From Candidatus Helarchaeota ASGARD archaeon Hel_GB_B (lineage in GTDB: Archaea; Asgardarchaeota; Lokiarchaeia; Helarchaeales; HEL-GB-B): 32,000 nt of DNA. Position 1 is the first letter of the stretch. Each line of letters opens with the position of its first letter. This document shows positions 26,658 to 32,000 of the stretch, one piece after another. Under the pieces are notes generated by a model. The model had not been told where the DNA came from and made no database searches. It saw only the letters and a program-made list of their open reading frames with translations. The translations under genes and the position numbers were made by a program. Location: positions 1,471-33,470 of the forward strand of contig SUPR01000034.1 in NCBI GenBank assembly GCA_005191425.1. Reading direction: 5' to 3'.

Positions 26658-28376
26658 TTATTGTTTAATTAATTTATTTGCGTCAAAAATTTCAAGAAAA
26701 GCAATATCCCGCTTTAATGATTTTTCATCTTCAATACTTTGGTTATATACAATAGTATAAGCTTTTTTAATATTAATATAATTACTCCTTATACGCCCTA
26801 ATGACTGTTCATAACGCTCTAAGGATAAAGTTGTCCCATAATAAATTGCAACATCTGCTTCAGGTAGATCAGTCCCTTTCTCAATTAATCGCTCAGAAGC
26901 AAAAAGAATTTTAGCGGTACCTTTCTTGAACTTCATTATCTGTGCGTGTTGTAAATTGCCAGACATTTTACCATGAACATAAGTGCTCTCGATATTTCTT
27001 TGAACCATTATATTATGTAAATACTGGGTCATATTTACAAATCTACACAGGACTAAGACCTTTTTCCCCTCTTTTATAAAGCGTTCTAGCCAAAATAAAA
27101 GGCGTTCTTCTTTTTTAGATAGATATAATTTGTTAGATTCTTTAATTTCTTTTATTTTTTCGTTCATCTGCTCTTTTATATATTGAAAATTTTCATTATT
27201 TAATAAAAATGAATTTTTTATTTTATCGATAAACCTAACAAATGCCCTAAATGTATTTTCGAGTAGAGTTTGGCGGGCAATAGTCATTAAAAGAAAAGAA
27301 CTTGCATGAGTTAACGATTTATTCAAAAAGTCTTCATCGGTTCTTTCTTTTATTTTCTCTTGTAAATTCTTTTTCCCTAAAATATCATTAATAAATAATA
27401 GGCTTCGGTTCGCAGGAATTTTTTCTCGATTTGTTAAAATTTTATATGTTTTATTAATTACAGATAAATTTTGAAGTTTAATTTCTTGGATTTTTTTGTC
27501 TATATCAATTACCCAATCATCAAATACTTGAATTCTCTTTAATTGGATCTTAGGTCTGTAATTCTCAAAATCGTCACCGGTAGGGAATATTTGGACAGCC
27601 CTTGACTCTCCAAATGTCTTAATTAATAAATTTCTTTTTTCTTTTTGTGCTATAGATGCAGTTAACCCAACTATAATTCTATCAGAATTTTCATCAAATA
27701 CGCCTAATAAATTTAAAAGAGGCTCAAATCTTTTATTTAGGCGCCAATATTTAGATGAAAACTCCCGTAATACGAAATTTTCAATATCTTCTTTTTTTAT
27801 TTCATTATATTGTTCCATTAACTCATTTATAATATCATCGAATGACCGTCCCCAAGTTGTTTCAATATAACGGATTGTCTCTTCTTTTGTCCGTTTTTTA
27901 CCATAACTCTGAGCGAAAACATCTAATATCTCGTCAATAACTATTAATTTCACTTTATTTATTGTTTCCTTATCAATCATTTGAGTTCTTGGCGTTTTTG
28001 CAATTAATGAATTTAATAATAAAACAGGTGTAGCATATATTATCTTGGAAATCCTGGCATGGTCTCTGCTCATTCTAGCAGGAATTTCATTCCGTTCCGG
28101 TAATAAAAATAAATTTCCATGACGCCCTAACCCATAATCTTGGCTCATTTTAAATAATTGATGTTTTAATTTCCGATCTGCTACTAAATATAATATCTTT
28201 TCATCTTCTTTTATTTTCCCATTTTCAATTAGTCCGTCTACAATTAAACATGAGATTAATGTTTTTCCCATTCCAGTAGGTAATAATATTAGAATAACAT
28301 TTTTTCCTTCATCTATTTTCAATATTGCTTGATCTCTCGCATTAGTCTGATAATTTCTCGGAACAATTACATTCAT
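26658..28376 (-). CDS. SF2 helicase, Hef/FANCM-like, with divergent motifs and no nuclease domain
   Basis: PRNYQ Q motif, PTGMGKT, YATP, DEILD (motif II), GLTAS, KGTDLP and QSLGR. Confidence 0.8.
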   Translation of the reverse strand: MNVIVPRNYQTNARDQAILKIDEGKNVILILLPTGMGKTLISCLIVDGLIENGKIKEDEKILYLVADRKLKHQLFKMSQDYGLGRHGNLFLLPERNEIPARMSRDHARISKIIYATPVLLLNSLIAKTPRTQMIDKETINKVKLIVIDEILDVFAQSYGKKRTKEETIRYIETTWGRSFDDIINELMEQYNEIKKEDIENFVLREFSSKYWRLNKRFEPLLNLLGVFDENSDRIIVGLTASIAQKEKRNLLIKTFGESRAVQIFPTGDDFENYRPKIQLKRIQVFDDWVIDIDKKIQEIKLQNLSVINKTYKILTNREKIPANRSLLFINDILGKKNLQEKIKERTDEDFLNKSLTHASSFLLMTIARQTLLENTFRAFVRFIDKIKNSFLLNNENFQYIKEQMNEKIKEIKESNKLYLSKKEERLLFWLERFIKEGKKVLVLCRFVNMTQYLHNIMVQRNIESTYVHGKMSGNLQHAQIMKFKKGTAKILFASERLIEKGTDLPEADVAIYYGTTLSLERYEQSLGRIRSNYINIKKAYTIVYNQSIEDEKSLKRDIAFLEIFDANKLIKQ

Positions 28377-28726
28377 TTTGTTCGACTTATCTTGATCTGA
28401 TTAATTTGATTAATTTAGTTTATATTCTTTATATTACATATATTTTTTTAAAAATAAAATATATGTCTTATTTTTTCCTAAAATCCCTTTAAAATTTGAA
28501 ATTTTCAAAATCTATTTAAATAATAATTTATTAACATAAACATTTAAAAAAATGACTTGATTGGAACAAATTTTTATATATTTTGCCGATATAAATATTA
28601 CATAAAATAATTGAATTCAATTTTAATATTATAAAATGAAAAAAGGTTTCAACTTGATGAACCCAAAAAAAAGTGGTTTTTTGATTCAATTTAATGATAT
28701 AGATAATTTATGTAGGTGAACTACTT

Positions 28727-29245
28727 TTGTTGATTTCAGATCAAGATGAATTTTATATTAATATTATCCAACAAATTCTTGGTGGCGATTCCACAATTAT
28801 GGATATTGTAAGAGAATTAGAGATCGAAAAAGAATTAACTGATGAGCAAATCGCCGCAAGATTGGGTATTCGCTTGAATGATATAAGAAGAATTTTATAT
28901 CAACTATATGAAACAAGATTAGCGGATTGCCGAAGAGTCCGAGACGAGAAAACTGGCTGGTATGTCTTTTTTTGGCATATGGTCCCTGATAGAATAAATA
29001 ATGCTATTATTAAGAAAAAAAAGGCAGTATTAAATATTCTAAAAGAGCGCTTGAACTACGAAGAATCACACATCTTTTTTAAATGTAATAACCCGAATTG
29101 CGCCAGAATTCCATGGGAAATTGCAACAGAATCTGGCTTTAGGTGCCCTATTTGTAATAATGACCAGTTGGAGAGTGTTTCAAACCAAGATATTATCGAA
29201 TTTCTTAAAGATCAAATTTCAAATCTTGAAAAATCTATTAAATGA
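28727..29245 (+). CDS. tfe: Transcription factor E (alpha subunit)
   Basis: Winged helix (LTDEQIAARLGIRLNDIRRILYQL...RDEKTGWYVFFW) plus zinc ribbon CNNPNC...FRCPIC; AGGTGA RBS before the TTG start. Confidence 0.95.
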   Translation: MLISDQDEFYINIIQQILGGDSTIMDIVRELEIEKELTDEQIAARLGIRLNDIRRILYQLYETRLADCRRVRDEKTGWYVFFWHMVPDRINNAIIKKKKAVLNILKERLNYEESHIFFKCNNPNCARIPWEIATESGFRCPICNNDQLESVSNQDIIEFLKDQISNLEKSIK

Positions 29246-29697
29246 TCAATAATTTAAAATTATTTATATTTTCATTTTCATCTCTTAAAGTCATTTTTAC
29301 CAAAAAAAATCATTTATTTCTATTATTCCTTTAATTTCTATTCATATTTCATTGTAAATTATAAATATATCCATTTTTAACAATGAAACTTTATTAATTT
29401 TTATTAAATTTGGATTTTTTAAAATTATAATTAGTAATCACTTCAATTACTTGTTCTTATTTTTTTCAATTAAAATTTTCAATCTTCATAATTCATTTAG
29501 TCTATATGTCCATTTTTTTTAATTCGTTCTATATTTTTAATTAATATTTCAATTATCATTTATTTGATATATTACAAAAATAATTAAAACATAAACTGTT
29601 TTCCTATTTTGAATAAAAATAAATTATTTCCTTTAGGATAAAATTTAATCTTTTATTAAAATAATTTAAAAAATAATTTATTAATAGGTAAATTAAA

Positions 29698-30903
29698 ATG
29701 CCTTCCGAGACATTAAAGACTATTACAGTCAAATTTTGGAAAATAGAAGCTGGACCAGACGATATTAAAAATAGAGAATTAGATACTCATAATAAATATT
29801 CTAATTTAGACAAAGATATGTTTTTATTTGGAGAATTTTTGATTGATGACCAATTTGGAGGGACTTTTGGTAAAAAAGTGGAAGCATGGTCTATAAATAA
29901 AAATAAACCTATAGATATTGACGATATAGAATACAATATCTACAAAATTTTTGATGAAAATAATAAATGGGCTGGAACAATTCAAGAGCTACTTATCGAT
30001 GAAATTTGTCAATCATATAAGTCAGACCCAAAAATTATTTTTTCAGTAGACTTAAAAGGTGGTAAAAATATTTTTAATTTAATACAGCGCCCTGATTTCT
30101 TTATTTTTCCATTTATATTAAACCCCAAGTCAAAAGATGTTGAATATTTTATTCTTAAGAAAAAAAGTATTTCAATTGGTACAGATTGGGATTTAAAAAG
30201 GTGTATCCTTGGAGATGTTAAAGTCGCCGAAATTGATTCTAAAAGAGGAGGTAAAAAAGTTAAAATCTCAATCTATAACGAAGACCTCGCAAAAAATGAC
30301 CTATTTTTGAAATATATTATTTTGTTTACCATAACAATTCCATATCAAGAAGAAATTAAATCCAGAATAAAATTATATTCAAATTCTATTAAAGAAGGGA
30401 CACTTATTCTACATATTTCAGATAGTGTTCTAAAACTTTCAGCTCAAAAAGTCATTCCAGATTCAAGTCAACCTGCGACTTCTAAAAAAGTTTCTAAGAA
30501 GGTTAAAAAGAAAACTATAGAAAAAGAGACCACACCTAAAAGGATATCTAAAGAAGAACTTAAAGAGTCTATCAAAAAAGATTTATCTAAAAAAGAGCGC
30601 GCCCAATTATCTAATGTACAGGAGCAATTAGGACTAGAACAGGAAGAGAGCTCTATTAAGCAACCTCAAAAAGAGACTAATTCCGCGTCAACTGAACTTT
30701 CCTTTAAAATTGAAGACCCTATTGAAAAAGCACCTGGTATTGGTAAAAAAACTGGAGCTCGTTTTAGAGAACTAGGTATTAATACAATCGGTGATTTTAT
30801 TAACGCAAATATTGATGAACTCCACGAAAAATTGCCTGTAACATGGATCACGAAATCTAAGTTGAAAAAGTGGCAAAATATCTGTATTGAGCATATTATT
30901 TGA
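29698..30903 (+). CDS. Protein with a tubby C-terminal/LURP-one/scramblase-like beta domain, a low-complexity linker and a C-terminal HhH (DUF4332-like) domain
   Basis: FILKKKSISIGTDWDLK...VAEIDSKRGGKKVKISI...LFLKYIILFTI resembles the LURP-one/tubby strand-and-helix ending. A K/E/S-rich linker spans aa ~250-335, followed by IEKAPGIGKKTGARFRELGINTIGDFI...KLKKWQ. Confidence 0.6.
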   Translation: MPSETLKTITVKFWKIEAGPDDIKNRELDTHNKYSNLDKDMFLFGEFLIDDQFGGTFGKKVEAWSINKNKPIDIDDIEYNIYKIFDENNKWAGTIQELLIDEICQSYKSDPKIIFSVDLKGGKNIFNLIQRPDFFIFPFILNPKSKDVEYFILKKKSISIGTDWDLKRCILGDVKVAEIDSKRGGKKVKISIYNEDLAKNDLFLKYIILFTITIPYQEEIKSRIKLYSNSIKEGTLILHISDSVLKLSAQKVIPDSSQPATSKKVSKKVKKKTIEKETTPKRISKEELKESIKKDLSKKERAQLSNVQEQLGLEQEESSIKQPQKETNSASTELSFKIEDPIEKAPGIGKKTGARFRELGINTIGDFINANIDELHEKLPVTWITKSKLKKWQNICIEHII

Positions 30904-31144
30904 TTAGTTTATTTTGATTTTTATTCATATAATAGCTTGAATTGATATTATTTATCATTCCTTTTTAATATCTTTGATTTATTTTCTCAATTTTTAATTT
31001 TTACTTTTTCTAGCACAAAATAAAAATATACTAATTGAAATTAATTTCTTACACCTTTTTTATTTAAAAAAGCAATTTAAAAAAAAACAAAAATGACAAA
31101 TAATTCATTATCTCAAAAAAACACCACTCAGGAGGTATATGAAT

Positions 31145-31429
31145 ATGGATAAGTCAGAAGAAAATGTAATCTTTATTGGAAGAAAGGCAGCCATGAACTA
31201 CGTAATGGCTTGTTTCACCGTCATTCAAAGCGGTGTTAAAGAATTGGTTATTAAAGCCAGAGGAAAATCTATATCAAAAGCTGTTGACGTATTGGAAATA
31301 TTGAAAAATAGATTTATGAAAGACCAGATTGTTATTGACAAAATTGAAACAGGTACCGAACAAATAGAAAGTAAAGATCGCGGAACTTTTAGCGTATCTA
31401 CTATCGAAATCACTGCTAAAATAAAATAA
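31145..31429 (+). CDS. albA: DNA/RNA-binding protein Alba
   Basis: VIFIGRKAAMNYV, IKARGKSISKAVDV and VSTIEI motifs. The GGAGGT RBS (31131-31136) favours ATG 31145 over 31139. Confidence 0.95.
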   Translation: MDKSEENVIFIGRKAAMNYVMACFTVIQSGVKELVIKARGKSISKAVDVLEILKNRFMKDQIVIDKIETGTEQIESKDRGTFSVSTIEITAKIK

Positions 31430-31882
31430 TTAAAATACAAAATAAAAAATCAAAATTTATTATCTGTTCTTTTTATTTTTTTTTACAAAATGTGAAATAG
31501 CCATTTTCAATAGTCTTAATTTTTGCAATAAAATATATAACTTTTAATATTGTCAGATTTTATAAGGTTTTCCAGAACGCATTAAGACAAAACATCGTTT
31601 TTTTATTATATATTAAAACTTTTTATCTAAAAATTTTAAACATTTTTAAAATTCAATTTAATAAAGGTAAATCGGTACTAAAAATAAATTAATTCTTATT
31701 TGAAATTTGCACAGTCCTTGTTTTTTATTGAAAATTTAATTTTTAGAGATTTTTCAAATTCCACTTTTCGACAAAAATATATAAATGTTAATTCTATTTT
31801 TTCGGAAATATATTTTTTGATAAGATTTTTATATATCTAGTGATATACAAGAGGTTGACACATTTCTGAGGTAATTTAGAAG

Positions 31883-32000
31883 ATGACTTCTAACTATAAA
31901 TATTACGAAAGATTAATATACCGTGTCAATAGTACGAATGGCATTCTTGATATGCCAATCCTCTGTCCAAATACCAATAATGGGTGTTCTTCATTGAATA
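31883..32000 (+). CDS. 5' part of a CDS running off the right edge
   Basis: Not in the ORF track. A GAGGT RBS-like sequence precedes ATG 31883, and the frame is open to the edge: MTSNYKYYERLIYRVNSTNGILDMPILCPNTNNGCSSLN. Confidence 0.55.
   Translation, partial: MTSNYKYYERLIYRVNSTNGILDMPILCPNTNNGCSSLN

Noticed and set aside
25056-28376. Firm assignment to a named defence system (e.g. Qat)
   Set aside because: No QueC-like or other diagnostic partner is present and there is no island or mobile context. It is retained only as a tentative finding.
28644-28690. Short hairpin (TCAA-C-TTGA) and a TGATGA C-box-like word upstream of tfe
   Set aside because: The stems are 4-5 bp and there is no matching CTGA D box nearby; this is expected by chance at this AT content.
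14616-30903. Possible selenocysteine read-through at TGA stops (15188, 29245, 30903)
   Set aside because: Each protein is already complete for its family at the TGA, the downstream sequence is AT-rich non-coding-like DNA, and I recognised no SECIS-like hairpin.
31145-31429. Alba has GRKA instead of the GKKP of Sulfolobus (loss of the K16-equivalent lysine)
   Set aside because: Variation at this position is known among Alba homologs and is not notable on its own.
30666-31440. ORFs 30666-30851 and 31225-31440
   Set aside because: Antisense shadows of the HhH-tail gene and albA.
221-31880. Individual TATA/BRE boxes and T-tract terminators in intergenic regions
   Set aside because: TTTATA-like words and T-runs are ubiquitous at this base composition, so specific calls are unsupported without TSS or 3'-end data.

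Overview
A very AT-rich, gene-dense archaeal chromosomal window. It is most likely from an Asgard archaeon, an inference from TFE, Alba, Mer, a GPN-type GTPase, a ubiquitin-like microprotein and MIT/SNAP-like helical repeat arrays. There are about 30 CDSs, and I found no rRNA, tRNA, CRISPR array, transposase or integrase. Most genes are housekeeping or metabolic: nitroreductase, PHP hydrolase, thiL, two GNATs, MBL hydrolase, CinA-like protein, FabG-like SDR, mer, ROK kinase, MaoC dehydratase, a LeuA/homocitrate synthase family enzyme, a two-subunit CoA-transferase, TatD, tfe and albA. The ORF track misses three CDSs: an RHH/CdrS-like regulator at 17357-17518 and partial genes at both window edges. 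The standout observations are: (1) the hypothetical ORF 7141-8463 aligns by eye along an MCM AAA+ core with every catalytic residue eroded, a candidate pseudo-ATPase MCM paralog; (2) a 916-aa membrane protein with nine MIT/SNAP-like repeats flanking an SCP2 lipid-binding domain; (3) a Mer carrying a 43-aa zinc-knuckle/Lys-Ala insertion; (4) a truncated ubiquitin-like protein translationally coupled to a polytopic membrane protein; (5) a Hef/FANCM-like helicase with non-canonical motifs next to an NTPase and TatD; (6) a tubby/scramblase-like protein with an HhH tail; (7) a doubly frameshifted Lrp gene; (8) a 15-bp inverted repeat upstream of the RHH gene. All family assignments are from motif recognition by eye; no database searches were run.
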